Below, in pieces: positions 47,955-58,800 of a stretch of DNA of 60,523 nucleotides. This DNA comes from an uncultured Bacilli bacterium (lineage in GTDB: Bacteria; Bacillota_I; Bacilli_A; RF39; UBA660). Position 1 is the stretch's first letter, and each line of letters opens with the position of its first letter. The position numbers and the translations under genes were made by a program. A model generated the notes under the pieces. That model saw nothing but the letters and a program-made list of their open reading frames with translations. It did no database searches and was not told the DNA's origin. The stretch spans positions 1 to 60,523 of the forward strand of contig CANPZG010000004.1 in NCBI GenBank assembly GCA_947588765.1, given 5' to 3'.

Positions 47955-48398
47955 ATGAAATTAGAAAATTTACCTAGAAGTAATGAAACAAAGGCTAGTA
48001 AAAGAGTAGGTCGTGGACCTGGATCAGGTATGGGTAAGACTTCAACTCGTGGAGAAAAAGGTCAAAAAGCTAGAAGTGGGGCTTCAATTAAAGCGTGGTT
48101 CCAAGGAGGACAAACTCCTCTACATAGAAGAATCCCTATTAGAGGCTTCAATAACAAAAACTTCACAGTTAGATATGCTACTTTAAATTTATCTGATTTA
48201 GAAAAATTCTTTAATGATGGCGATGTTGTTACTCCTGAAGTTTTAAAAGAAAGAAAAATAATTAAAAAAGAATTAAATGGAATTAAAATTTTAGCTGGTG
48301 GTAATTTAACAAAGAAGCTTACGGTTAAAGCTCATCGTTTTACTTCCGCTGCTGTAACTAAAATTGAAAATGCTGGTGGCAAAGTAGAGGTGATTTAA
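47955..48398 (+). CDS. rplO: 50S ribosomal protein L15
   Basis: MKLENLPRS...[30 protein letters not shown] 47955 lies 1 nt after the rpsE stop, so no L30 gene intervenes. The ORF track opens at 47916. Confidence 0.95.
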   Translation: MKLENLPRSNETKASKRVGRGPGSGMGKTSTRGEKGQKARSGASIKAWFQGGQTPLHRRIPIRGFNNKNFTVRYATLNLSDLEKFFNDGDVVTPEVLKERKIIKKELNGIKILAGGNLTKKLTVKAHRFTSAAVTKIENAGGKVEVI

Positions 48399-48399
48399 A

Positions 48400-49665
48400 A
48401 TGTTTAAAACATTTACCCAAATATTCAATAAAAATAATAAAGACATTCGAAAAAGAATATATTTTACCTTATTTTGTTTAGGGGTATTCTGTTTGGGAAC
48501 AACAATCACTATTCCTTGGGCATCAGTAGTATATGAAAACTTAGGTTTTCTTGAAATATTTAACTTAATGAGTGGTGGTGGACTTAGAAACTTCTCTATC
48601 TTTGGTTTAGGGGTTTCACCTTACATTACCGCATCAATCATTACCCAATTACTGCAAACAGATATTTTCCCTTATTTTAAGGAATTAAAAGATCAAGGAT
48701 ATGTGGGAAGACAAAAAATAAATAGCATTACTCGTTATTTAGGTATTATTATTGGTTTCCTACAAGCTTATGTTCTATGTATCTTTTATCTAAATGGTGC
48801 TGATGTCTTTACAATGTTAAAAACAGCATTAGTAATGACTGCTGGTACGGCTTTCTGTTTATGGATGGGGGATCAAATTACTAGTAAAGGTATTGGTAAT
48901 GGTCAATCAATGTTAATTATGGCTGGTATTATTCAAAGTATGCCAGGTGTATTTAAGGGAGCTTTCGAAGGCTTAGTTCTAGCCAATGAAAGTGCTTTAA
49001 TGGGTTGGTTATTCTTCGGTTTATTTATTCTTATATATATCTTAATTATTGTGGGTATTATTTGGATTACTTTAGCCGAAAGAAGAATTCCAATTCAATA
49101 TGCAAATAGAACAAATAGTGCTTATGGAGCACAACAAAGTTTCTTACCAATTAAAATAAACTCTGCTGGGGTTTTACCTGTAATATTTGCTTCAATTGTT
49201 TCAACAATTCCTGCAACTATTGTGGGGATTAGTAAGAATCAAGCAGCAATCGATTTTGTTAATAAATATATTGCTAATACTTCATTAACTGGATTTATTA
49301 TATATGTAGCTTTAATATTCTTATTTGGTTATATTTATACATTCTTTATTGCAATGAATCCTGATGAAATGAGTAAAAATGTTAATGAAAGAGGTGGATA
49401 TATTCCTGGTATTAGACCGGGCGAAGATACCTCTAAATACATTGCTAATTCTTTAGGTAAACTAACAACTGTTGGTAGTTTATTCTTAGTTGTTTTAGCT
49501 GCTCTACCAGTATTAATATCTAATTTCTCTAATTTACCATCAAGTGTATCTATTGGAGGAACAGGTATCTTAATCGTTGTTGGGGTAGCAATTGAAACTT
49601 ATAAACAAATCGAAAGTGGTTTAGTATCTCGGAGTTATACATCAAGAAGTAAGAGATTAAAATAA
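48400..49665 (+). CDS. secY: Preprotein translocase subunit SecY
   Basis: 421 aa with 10 predicted TM segments. SIFGLGVSPYITASIITQLL, GIGNGQSMLIMAGI. Confidence 0.96.
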   Translation: MFKTFTQIFNKNNKDIRKRIYFTLFCLGVFCLGTTITIPWASVVYENLGFLEIFNLMSGGGLRNFSIFGLGVSPYITASIITQLLQTDIFPYFKELKDQGYVGRQKINSITRYLGIIIGFLQAYVLCIFYLNGADVFTMLKTALVMTAGTAFCLWMGDQITSKGIGNGQSMLIMAGIIQSMPGVFKGAFEGLVLANESALMGWLFFGLFILIYILIIVGIIWITLAERRIPIQYANRTNSAYGAQQSFLPIKINSAGVLPVIFASIVSTIPATIVGISKNQAAIDFVNKYIANTSLTGFIIYVALIFLFGYIYTFFIAMNPDEMSKNVNERGGYIPGIRPGEDTSKYIANSLGKLTTVGSLFLVVLAALPVLISNFSNLPSSVSIGGTGILIVVGVAIETYKQIESGLVSRSYTSRSKRLK

Positions 49666-50315
49666 TGAAAAATGTTATATTAGTTGCCCCTCCTGCTGCC
49701 GGCAAGGGAACGCAAAGTGAATTATTAGTTAAAGAATATGGTTACATTCATATTTCGATGGGTGATTTACTTAGAGAAGTAATTGCTAGTGGTAGTGAGG
49801 TAGGTAAACAAATAAAATCAATTATTGATGAAGGTAAGTTAGTAGATGATGATTTAACGATTGATTTAATTAGAGATAAATTAAAAGCGATTAAAGGTCA
49901 TCATTACTGCTTAGATGGTTTTCCCAGAACGATTTATCAAGCCCATGAGTTTGATAAAGTTATGGATGAGCTAGGCAATGAAGATTATGTGGTTTTATAC
50001 TTAGATTTAAGTGAAAATAAAGCGTATGAAAGAATTGCCGGAAGACTAATTTGTAGCTGTGGAAAATCTTATAATATATTTAATGAAGAATTAAAACCTA
50101 AAGTAGAGGGAATTTGTGATAATTGTGGGAAAGAATTAGTTAAAAGAACAGATGATAATGCCGAAAGTTTTAAAACCCGTTATCAAGTTGTTTTAGAAAA
50201 TTTTGAACCAATTAAAGAATTCTATGCGAATAAAGGTAAATTAAAAATAATTGATGTTGACCGAAATGTTGATGAAATATTTTCGGATATAGTGAAAGGA
50301 ATAACGAATGATTAG
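49665..50315 (+). CDS. adk: Adenylate kinase (Cys4 zinc-lid type)
   Basis: P-loop PPAAGKGTQ, GDLLRE, and the lid CSCGKSYN...CDNCGKELVKRTDD. Confidence 0.95.
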   Translation: MKNVILVAPPAAGKGTQSELLVKEYGYIHISMGDLLREVIASGSEVGKQIKSIIDEGKLVDDDLTIDLIRDKLKAIKGHHYCLDGFPRTIYQAHEFDKVMDELGNEDYVVLYLDLSENKAYERIAGRLICSCGKSYNIFNEELKPKVEGICDNCGKELVKRTDDNAESFKTRYQVVLENFEPIKEFYANKGKLKIIDVDRNVDEIFSDIVKGITND

Positions 50316-51051
50316 TATTAAGAGTTCTCGGGAAATAGAACTTATGCGTCAAGCAGGAAAATATAATTCATTAGTTATGAAAGAAATAGCCAAAAATATT
50401 AAAGTGGGGGTTACAACCAAATATTTAGATGATGTTTGTATGAAGAAAATCAAAGAATATGGTTGTGAACCTTCCTGTTTAGGCTATGAAGGGTATCCTG
50501 CTTCAGTTTGTATCTCAATAAATGATGAAGTTGTTCATGGCATCCCTGGTAAAAGAAAAATTAAAAATGGGGATATCGTTTCAGTTGATTTAGTGGTTTC
50601 ATATCACGGATATCATGCTGATGCAACTAGAACATTTATTGTGGGAAGTGTTCCAAAAGAAGTCGAAGATTTAGTTAAAAATACGGAACAAGCTTTTTAT
50701 GAAGGTTGTAAGGTATTAAAAGATGGAACTAGAATTAGAGAACTAGGAGCAGCGATTGAAAAATATGCACATGATCATAATTTAGGGGTAGTTGAAGATC
50801 TCGCGGGTCATGGAATAGGCAGCGAAATGCATGAAGACCCTGAAGTACCCAATTATGATGATGGGAGCAATATTCGTCTTAAGGCTGGCATGGTTATCGC
50901 AATTGAACCAATGCTAAACTTAGGAACTAAAGATGTTTATATTGAGGATGATGGCTGGACCATTAAAACTGTAGATGGCAAACCATCAAGTCATTATGAA
51001 AACACAGTGTTAATAACCGAAGATGGTTATGAAATATTGACAGGAGATTAA
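50308..51051 (+). CDS. map: Methionine aminopeptidase type I
   Basis: [36 protein letters not shown]...HE.P.V, EPM. and HYENTVLIT are the metal-ligand motifs. Confidence 0.95.
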   Translation: MISIKSSREIELMRQAGKYNSLVMKEIAKNIKVGVTTKYLDDVCMKKIKEYGCEPSCLGYEGYPASVCISINDEVVHGIPGKRKIKNGDIVSVDLVVSYHGYHADATRTFIVGSVPKEVEDLVKNTEQAFYEGCKVLKDGTRIRELGAAIEKYAHDHNLGVVEDLAGHGIGSEMHEDPEVPNYDDGSNIRLKAGMVIAIEPMLNLGTKDVYIEDDGWTIKTVDGKPSSHYENTVLITEDGYEILTGD

Positions 51052-51055
51052 TTAT

Positions 51056-51280
51056 ATGGAAAAAAATAAAGATAAAATTGAAGTTGAAGGTAAAGTTGTT
51101 GAAGCCCTAAAAGGTGGAATTCATTTCATTGTCGAACTAGAAAATGGTCATAAAGTAAATGCTCATGTTTCTGGAAAAATGAGAATGAATATGATTCGTA
51201 TTTTAGTAGGAGACACGGTTACTGTTGCAATATCACCATATGATTTAGAAAAAGGAATTATAGTTTGGAATAAAAGATAA
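51056..51280 (+). CDS. infA: Translation initiation factor IF-1
   Basis: [11 protein letters not shown].......[36 protein letters not shown]. Confidence 0.95.
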   Translation: MEKNKDKIEVEGKVVEALKGGIHFIVELENGHKVNAHVSGKMRMNMIRILVGDTVTVAISPYDLEKGIIVWNKR

Positions 51281-51291
51281 GGAGTGAGATT

Positions 51292-51405
51292 ATGAAAGTT
51301 AGACCATCTGTAAAGAAAATTTGCAAAAAATGCAAAGTAATAAGAAGAAAAGGAAAAGTTAGGGTTATTTGTGAAAATCCTAAACACAAACAAGTTCAAG
51401 GTTAG
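51292..51405 (+). CDS. rpmJ: 50S ribosomal protein L36 (37 aa; absent from the ORF track)
   Basis: My own translation gives [37 protein letters not shown]-stop. GGAGTGAG RBS. Canonical infA-rpmJ-rpsM position. Confidence 0.95.
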   Translation: MKVRPSVKKICKKCKVIRRKGKVRVICENPKHKQVQG

Positions 51406-51414
51406 GAGGAAAAT

Positions 51415-51780
51415 ATGGCACGTATTAAAAATATTGAATTACCAAACGATAAACATACTTGTATAGGTTTAACTGCTATATATGGTATTGGTCGTAATTT
51501 AGCAAAAACAATATGTCAAGATGCTGGGGTTGAACCTAGTAAAAAAATTAAAGATTTAACAGAAGATGAAATTGCTAAACTTCGTAAAGAAGTTGATAAA
51601 TACTCAGTTGAAGGGGACTTAAGAAGAGAAGTTCAAATGAGTATTAAAAATAAAATGGAAATTAATTGTTATGAAGGAATTAGACACAAAAAAGGTTTAC
51701 CAGTAAGAGGTCAAAGAACTAATAGAAATGCTCATACTCGTAAAGGCCGTGGTAAAGTAGTGGCTAATAAGAAGAAATAA
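51415..51780 (+). CDS. rpsM: 30S ribosomal protein S13
   Basis: MARI.NIELP..K......LT.IYGIGR..A..I......[16 protein letters not shown]. Confidence 0.97.
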   Translation: MARIKNIELPNDKHTCIGLTAIYGIGRNLAKTICQDAGVEPSKKIKDLTEDEIAKLRKEVDKYSVEGDLRREVQMSIKNKMEINCYEGIRHKKGLPVRGQRTNRNAHTRKGRGKVVANKKK

Positions 51781-51794
51781 GGAGATGGAAAGAT

Positions 51795-52178
51795 ATGGCT
51801 TATAATAGAAGAAAAAGAAAAATTAAGAAGAATGTTCCTGAAGCAGAAGCACATATTCATTCAACATATAACAATACCATTGTTACTATCTGCGATAAAG
51901 AAGGAAATGCAATTTCATGGTCAAGTGCTGGTCGTATAGGTTATAAAGGTAGTAAAAAGAAAACTCCTTTTGCAGCGGGATTAACAAGTGAAGCGGCAGC
52001 AGCCTCTGCTTATGAACAAGGTGTTAGAAAAGTTGATGTTTTTGTTAAAGGTTTAGGACCAGGTAGAGAAAACGCAATTAGATCTTTACAAACTGCTGGA
52101 TTAGAAATCACTAGTATTACTGATGAAACTCCAGTACCTCATAATGGATGTCGTCCACCAAAAAGACCTAGAAAGTAA
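51795..52178 (+). CDS. rpsK: 30S ribosomal protein S11
   Basis: [35 protein letters not shown]...V.VKG.GPGRE.AIR.L...GL.I..I.D.TP.PHNGCRP.K. Confidence 0.97.
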   Translation: MAYNRRKRKIKKNVPEAEAHIHSTYNNTIVTICDKEGNAISWSSAGRIGYKGSKKKTPFAAGLTSEAAAASAYEQGVRKVDVFVKGLGPGRENAIRSLQTAGLEITSITDETPVPHNGCRPPKRPRK

Positions 52179-52206
52179 TAGATAAAAGGAGGAAAGGATT
52201 AGAATT

Positions 52207-53151
52207 ATGATAAAATTTGAAAAACCAGAATATAAAATTACCGAAAGTCAAGAAAGTAATCATTTTGGAAAATTTGAACTAGAACCTTTAGAAAGAGGAT
52301 TTGGTACAACTATTGGTAATGCTTTAAGAAGAGTTATGTTATCAAGTTTACCAGGTAGTGCGGTAACTGCTATCAAAATTGATGGTGTTATGCATGAATT
52401 TCAAAAAATTGAAGGTGTAGTAGAAGACGTTACAACTATAGTTTTAGCCATAAAGAAATTAGTAGTAAAAAATCATACTGAAGAAGTTAAAACCTTACAT
52501 TTAGTGGCTTCAAAAGAAGGCCCTGTAACGGCAGGAGATATTGCAAAAGATGCTGATATCGAAATAATGAATCCAGAACTCGTTATTTGTAATCTAGTTA
52601 AGGGTGGAAAAATTGACATTGAAATGACTGTAAGAAATGGTCGTGGTTATGTTCCGGCAAGTGAAAATAAAAAATTACTTGAAGATAACAAAGTAGGAGT
52701 TATAGCTATTGACTCATCTTATTCACCAATTGAAAATGTTAAATATGATGTCTTAAAAACCAGAGTTGGTCAAGACGAAAATTATGATAAATTAGTTATG
52801 GAAGTTTCAACAAATGGTAGAATGTTACCAGAAGAAGCTATTGCTTTAGCAGCTAGAATCTTAATTGAACATTTTAATTTAGTAGCTGACTTAAATGCTA
52901 TTAGTAATATTACTGGTATGATGCAAGAAAAGAAAGTCGATACAATGACTAAGACCTTAGAAACTCCAATTGAAGAAGTTGAATTCTCTGTTAGAGCATA
53001 CAATTGCTTAAAGAGAGCAGGAATCCATACTATCCAAGATTTAGTAAACAAAAAAGAAGCAGAAGTTACTAAGATCAGAAACTTAGGAAAGAAATCATTA
53101 AAAGAAGTTCTTGATAAAGTTGCTGAATTAGGACTAGAATTTAAGGAGTAA
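52207..53151 (+). CDS. rpoA: DNA-directed RNA polymerase alpha subunit
   Basis: GKFELEPLERGFGTTIGNALRRVMLSSLPGSAVT plus the C-terminal domain ELSVRAYNCLKRAGIHTIQDL. Confidence 0.97.
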   Translation: MIKFEKPEYKITESQESNHFGKFELEPLERGFGTTIGNALRRVMLSSLPGSAVTAIKIDGVMHEFQKIEGVVEDVTTIVLAIKKLVVKNHTEEVKTLHLVASKEGPVTAGDIAKDADIEIMNPELVICNLVKGGKIDIEMTVRNGRGYVPASENKKLLEDNKVGVIAIDSSYSPIENVKYDVLKTRVGQDENYDKLVMEVSTNGRMLPEEAIALAARILIEHFNLVADLNAISNITGMMQEKKVDTMTKTLETPIEEVEFSVRAYNCLKRAGIHTIQDLVNKKEAEVTKIRNLGKKSLKEVLDKVAELGLEFKE

Positions 53152-53155
53152 TATT

Positions 53156-53500
53156 ATGTTATATAGAAAATTAGGAAGAGAAACAAGAGTTAGAAGAAGT
53201 ATTCTTGCGGGATTAACTAAAGATGTTTTAACTAAAGGTTATGTTGTTACAACAGAAGCAAGAGCTAAAGAAGTTCGTAAATTTGTTGATAAAATGATAA
53301 CTTATGGTAAAGATGGTTCTTTAGTATCTCGTCGTAAAGCCTTAGCGTTCTTACATAATGATAATGATGTTGTATCTGTAGTTTTTAATGATTTAGCTAA
53401 AAGATATGAAACTAGAGACGGTGGATACACAAGAATTATTAAACTTAAAGAACGTCGTGGCGATGATGCTTTAGAAGTAAGACTTGAATTAGTAAAATAG
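53156..53500 (+). CDS. rplQ: 50S ribosomal protein L17
   Basis: YRKLGR....R..IL..L........V.TTEARAKEVRKFVDKMIT.GK...GGYTRI.K...RRGD.A..V.LELV. Confidence 0.96.
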   Translation: MLYRKLGRETRVRRSILAGLTKDVLTKGYVVTTEARAKEVRKFVDKMITYGKDGSLVSRRKALAFLHNDNDVVSVVFNDLAKRYETRDGGYTRIIKLKERRGDDALEVRLELVK

Positions 53501-53519
53501 TGAGCAATCACTATTTTTT
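53495..53519 (+). terminator. Terminator of the alpha operon
   Basis: AAATAGTGA-gcaa-TCACTATTTTTT. Confidence 0.7.
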
Positions 53520-53556
53520 AATACTAAAAAAAGTTAACAATTTGTGAAAAAAAGTA

Positions 53557-53586
53557 TTGACATAAGTAACGAACATATGTTATATT
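53557..53586 (+). promoter_or_regulatory. Strong sigma-A-type promoter for the RhuM/Doc gene
   Basis: TTGACA (53557-53562), 17/18-nt spacer, TTATAT/TATATT (53580-53586). Confidence 0.55.
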
Positions 53587-53613
53587 GTTATTATGTTAAG
53601 GGGGAATGGAAAA

Positions 53614-54546
53614 ATGAAAAACGAAATTATTTTATTTGAAAATCAAGTAGTAAAACTTGAAGTTAATATGCAAGATGAAACAGTATGGCTATCTTTAGAC
53701 CAAATGGCTTTATTATTTGATAGGGACAAATCTGTTATATCAAGACATATTAAAAATGCATTGAAAGAAGAATTGAATGAATCAGTTGTTGCAAAATTTG
53801 CAACAACTGCCAGCGATGGCAAAACTTATCAAGTGGATTATTATAATCTTGATGTGATTATTAGTGTTGGTTATCGAGTAAAATCTCAAAATGGGATAGT
53901 ATTCCGTAAATGGGCTAACAAAATACTTAAAGACTATATGATCAAAGGTTATGCTATTAACCAAAAAAGATTAGATTATTTAGAAAAAACTATTAAATTA
54001 ATTGATATTGCTAATAGAGGTAATGAAAGAATTACTGGTGATGATGCTAAGGAAATATTAGGTGTAATTAATGCCTATACCAAAGCTTTAGATTTGCTAG
54101 ATGATTATGATCATCACACTATAAAGAAAGTTAAAGGTCAAACAAGTGAAAAAGTTGTTACCTATGAAGAATGTATGAATGTTATTGATAAATTAAGATT
54201 TAATAATGAAAGTAGTTTATTTGCCCTTGAAAGAGATGGTAATTTTAAATCTATAATAAACGATATTTATCAAACATTTGGAGGAAATGATGTTTATCCA
54301 TCTATTGAAGAAAAGGCATCTAACTTGCTTTATTTAACAGTAAAAAATCATGCTTTTATTGATGGAAACAAAAGAATTGCGGCCACGATATTTATTTTCT
54401 TTTTACAAGTTAATAACATTTTATATCGTGATAATAATATGGTTATTGATAATAATTCTTTGGCAGCCATAACACTTCTAATCGCGGAGTCTAATCCTAA
54501 AGAAAAAGAAGTAATGATAGATTTAGTAATGAATTTTTTGAAATAA
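53614..54546 (+). CDS. RhuM-family protein with a C-terminal Fic/Doc-type domain
   Basis: AAGGGGGAA RBS before ATG 53614. The RhuM N-domain includes LDQMALLFDRDKSVISRHIKN...YYNLDVIISVGYRVKS..G..FRKWA. The C-terminal Doc-like motif HAFIDGNKR (nt 54349-54375) has GNKR in place of GNGR. Confidence 0.8.
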   Translation: MKNEIILFENQVVKLEVNMQDETVWLSLDQMALLFDRDKSVISRHIKNALKEELNESVVAKFATTASDGKTYQVDYYNLDVIISVGYRVKSQNGIVFRKWANKILKDYMIKGYAINQKRLDYLEKTIKLIDIANRGNERITGDDAKEILGVINAYTKALDLLDDYDHHTIKKVKGQTSEKVVTYEECMNVIDKLRFNNESSLFALERDGNFKSIINDIYQTFGGNDVYPSIEEKASNLLYLTVKNHAFIDGNKRIAATIFIFFLQVNNILYRDNNMVIDNNSLAAITLLIAESNPKEKEVMIDLVMNFLK

Positions 54547-54626
54547 TTGATTTTTGTCAAATCAATTATTTTCTATTTACGAAAGTTTATTTTTGTGTTA
54601 ATCTTATTATGATAAGGTGATGTAGA

Positions 54627-55448
54627 ATGAATAAGAAATTTAGTTTTATAATCCCAATTGTGGTTTTTATAGTTTTGTTAATGCCAATTGCCAAAGGTTT
54701 TAAGATAACAAGAGAACAATACAAAAACACCAAAGAAACAATTAATAGTGTAGTAGAAGAATGTAAAGAAGAAAATAGCTCATTAAGTGAAAGTGCTTGT
54801 GAAAATTTTGAAAATTATAAAATATCATATCAAGATTATCAACACGATTTTTATAAAAATTCTTATGGTAAATATGAAAATATTTTATTAGTTTCTAGTG
54901 CTTTTGTTATGGTTTTATTATATGTATTACCATTATTTAGAAATAAAAAAATTAAAGCAAAAGATTATCAAGAATTAATAATTGAAGTATTTAAAAATGC
55001 TTATCCTGTGGCGTGGGTATATCCAACACTTGTACTAATAAAAGGGATATTAACTTTTATTGGAGCAATGATGATTAATGCTATTCCATTCTATTATATA
55101 TTTTGTCCTATTTTAGAAACTATTCTAGCTTTTATGTTTATGATGATAATTATTAATATTGCTTTAATTATAGCAAGAAAAGTAAATAATCCATTATTCT
55201 ATGTTATTACTAGTTGTATCTTCTATTCTTTTATAGCTTTAATTATTAATAAAACTGGTAATTTATTAGTTCATTTTGGAGCTAATTTTGGCAAATATTT
55301 AAATCTATTAACAATTGATTTTAGTAGTATTAATTATATTTCTGCCTTTATAGTTATTGGGTTAATGTGCTTACTAAGTTGGTTTATAGTTTATTTACTA
55401 TATCGAGATGAAAAGAAATTAATTAAGTATTGTAAGGAAAATGGTTAG
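54627..55448 (+). CDS. Polytopic membrane protein of unknown function (273 aa)
   Basis: An N-terminal TM segment, a ~70-aa Cys-containing extracytoplasmic loop, then ~5 more hydrophobic helices. I recognise no family motif. Confidence 0.5.
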   Translation: MNKKFSFIIPIVVFIVLLMPIAKGFKITREQYKNTKETINSVVEECKEENSSLSESACENFENYKISYQDYQHDFYKNSYGKYENILLVSSAFVMVLLYVLPLFRNKKIKAKDYQELIIEVFKNAYPVAWVYPTLVLIKGILTFIGAMMINAIPFYYIFCPILETILAFMFMMIIINIALIIARKVNNPLFYVITSCIFYSFIALIINKTGNLLVHFGANFGKYLNLLTIDFSSINYISAFIVIGLMCLLSWFIVYLLYRDEKKLIKYCKENG

Positions 55449-55509
55449 TTGCCATTTTCTTTTTGTATAAAAATTATTTTTTTAACTCATTATATAAATG
55501 GAGGAAAAA

Positions 55510-55701
55510 ATGAAAAATAAGGAATGCGGTGGATGTAAGGACGCTAAATTTGGAGTAGCTTATATTGATCCAGAAACTGGTGTTTTATGTAGCAAGATTG
55601 ATACGGGAATGAAGCTTCCAAAAGGGAAAAAGGTGTTAGCTCCTAAAATATGTACAACATGTGGAAATACGGAATGGAAAACAATTGATAATCAAGAATA
55701 A
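55510..55701 (+). CDS. Small zinc-ribbon-like protein (63 aa)
   Basis: GGAGGA RBS before ATG 55510. CGGC near the N-terminus and CTTC near the C-terminus (CxxC...CxxC). Confidence 0.5.
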   Translation: MKNKECGGCKDAKFGVAYIDPETGVLCSKIDTGMKLPKGKKVLAPKICTTCGNTEWKTIDNQE

Positions 55702-55879
55702 AGCCCAAAAGGCTTTTTTTCTTTTGCAATTTTTTTAAAACTAATGCAAAATGATAATAATTATTGTATAATGGAACTAATAATAAGGAAAGTAGTTGAT
55801 AAATAATGAAGAATAAAAAAGGCTTTGTATTTATAGAAACGATAATAACAATAGTATTCTTGGCAGCAGCGCTACTAGT
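55699..55879 (+). repeat. Copy 1 of a duplicated terminator-promoter-5'CDS block (copy 2 at 60347-60523)
   Basis: Both copies contain a short hairpin terminator, AATGCAAAA, the extended -10 TGTATAAT (55765-55772 / 60408-60415), and AGGAAAGTAGTTGATA. The first ~74 nt of the CDS differ at only ~4 positions. Confidence 0.8.
55700..55725 (+). terminator. Terminator preceding the pilin-like gene promoter
   Basis: AAAGCC-caaa-GGCTTTTTTT. Confidence 0.65.
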
Positions 55880-58800
55880 ATTGTATAGTAGTTACAGAAA
55901 TGCAATAGTAGAAGAAAGAAAAAGAATATATTATGATGATATAAGCTATTTGTATCGGAATTATTATATCGCAGACTTTCTAATCAATAAAACCGAAATC
56001 CATGATTTAAAAGATACAGCATTCGAAGAAAAGTATGCAGTAGAAATAGATGATAATTTAAAAAAAGAATTGTTTTCTGATTATCAAACAGAATTAAATT
56101 ATCCTAAAGAATTTGAAACAATCGAAGATAAATTTAATGTTAATAAAATGATGTTCGTATCCGAAGAGTTAATCACGGAATGTTTTAATGCGAAAGAAAA
56201 TGATAAATGTGATAAATCATATGAAGGCTTAAGTGATGGATTAATAAATTATCTCGAAACAATGCAAATAGATCATGAAGAAGATGATAATACCACATAT
56301 TATCTAGTAACAGAATATAGGGAAAAATCAACAAATGAAGGAGTAAAGAAATGTGAACAAGGAGATGAAGATTGTTCAGTCTTTTTTGCAACTTTAAAAT
56401 TAGATATTAATAAGATAATAGAAGTTCCAGATGCTTTAATTGGTGAGGCATGTCAAGGTCAAAACTTCGCAGATTGTATAAAAGATAATTATACCTTAGA
56501 AAATGATTCAGAAAGTGGAAGTGGAATATATCATCATGATGGAAATGGAACAGATTCAGGATATGGAGAGTATGAAGCTAATGATGATTCATATAGATAT
56601 GCGGGAGGAAACCCAAATAACTATATCTGCTTTGGATCTGATGAAGAAAAATGCCCAGATGAAAACTTATATCGAATAATAGGGATATATGGTAATAATA
56701 TCAAAATAATTAAAGAAAAAGATAATGCTGTAAAATGGAATAGTTTAAATACACGTAAAGAAATAATAAATAATTTTAATGAAAAATGGCAAAATATGAT
56801 TGAAGAATATTCTTGGGTAACGGCAGGAATAAACAATGATGTAATAACTAAAAACGCGAAAGAAGTATATGCTGCAGAAATAAGTGGCACAAAAGAAAAT
56901 AGTAAAATAGGCATAATGTATGTTAATGAATATATGTATGGTGCCAGTCCAAAGTATTGGGTTGAAAAAGGAACTGAATATACTAAAGCCAAAGATAATA
57001 ACTGGTTATTTATAGGTAATGAATGGTTATTAACTAAAGTGAAAAATGTAAGTGGGCAAGCATACGTGGTAAGCGATGTTGGTAATGTTGGTAGTAATAT
57101 AACTAGTCAATCAATAAATGCCCGGAGTAGTTTTTATTTAAAAGAAACTGTAATATTATCAAATGGAATTGGTACAAGAGAACAACCATTTAGAATAACT
57201 GATAATGGTGCAGTGGTAAAAGATATAGTTTTAGCCACAGAAGAAACCGGTTATAATGATATAGAGGTAAATGTTCAAGCGGAAAGTCAAGATGGAAAAA
57301 TTTTAAAATATTTCTTTAGTTATAAAAAGAAAAGTGAAACTGATAATAAGTGGAGCGAATGGGTCGAAGATAATGATGAAAATCATTTCTTTGGTGGGTT
57401 AGATTCAGATACAGAATATCAAATTAAAGTTAAAGTTTTAAATAATCGTGGAAATTATTCTGATGAATTTGTGAGAGAATTTAAAACAAGATATGCTGGT
57501 CCAAGTGTAACAATAGAAGGAACAACTAATGGCTGGTTTCAAATAGAATTGCATACTCAAGGTGGTAAAGGTTCAGTTGATATTGCTAGATATTGTTATA
57601 ATATCAATGATGGAGGATTTACTTGTGAAAATTCATCAAATTTAAGTTTTAGTCATACATTTAAAAATTTGAGTCCAAATACAACATATAAAATAGGAAT
57701 AAAAGCTTTTGATAAAAATGGATTAGAATCATTAGAAACAAAATATACTAATGCTAGAACAGATAATCCACCAACAGTAACGGCACCAAATTTAGGAAAT
57801 GGTTGGTATAATTCATCACGTTATATTACCGCTTCTGAAAGTGGTGGAACGGGTTCATATCATATTCAGTATTGTGAAACTACTTCATCAAGTTGTACTC
57901 CAAATACAAATGGCAGTAGAGTATATCATAGTACTGAAGGAACAAAAACGGTATGTTTTAATGCTAAAAATAATGTAACAGGAGAATTAACAAAAGGAAC
58001 TTCTTGTGCAACATCACGATTGGATTTACATGCTCCAACTTGTAGTTATTCCTCTGAACCAAGTGGTTGGGTATCTTCAGCTTATGTGAGTATCGGTTGT
58101 AGTGATACTGGAGGAAGTGGATGTGATCCAAGTTATTCAGGTACTTCAAAATATGCATATTCTTCAAATCCATATTTGAGTACGACAATTAGTGATAGAG
58201 CAGGTAATTCAACATATTGCTCAAAATCGTATTCTATTAAGATAGATAGCACGGATCCAACGTGCAGTTCAACAAGTGGAAATGGTAGTTATGGCAATTG
58301 GGCTAGTTATCGTACAATAACACAATATTGTAGTGATTCACAAAGTGGTTGTAGACAAAATTCATATACTCAAACATTTTATTCAGGTACATATGATACA
58401 ATAAGAATATATGATAATGTAGGTAATTATAGTGATTGTTCAGTGTCTCCTTATGTAGATAGTACTCCACCAAGTTGTGGTTCAACATCTGGGGATGGTT
58501 ATCGATATGATGGAGCATCTTCTAGAACAATAACTCAATATTGTAGTGATTCACAAAGTGGTTGTAAAAAAAGTTCATATACTCAAACATTTTATTCAGG
58601 TTATTCAAGTTCAATAACAATATATGATAATGCTGGAAATTCTAGGTCATGTACGGTATATCCTTATATAGATTCAACAGGCCCAACATGTAGCAGCACT
58701 TCTGGTGAAGGTAGCAGTTACAATTGGACTAATGGCTCTAGGTCAATAACTCAATATTGCTATGATGCAGAAAGTGGTTGTAAGCAAAGTTCATATACTC

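Noticed and set aside
40867-53511. Alternative-frame or antisense ORFs within the ribosomal cluster: 40867-41076, 41033-41293, 42780-42998, 44647-44907, 45229-45528, 47704-47934, 48306-48509, 51163-51399, 52782-53051 and 53302-53511.
   Set aside because: All lie entirely within, or opposite to, highly conserved ribosomal, secY or rpoA genes. The 51163-51399 minus-strand ORF covers the true rpmJ gene on the plus strand.
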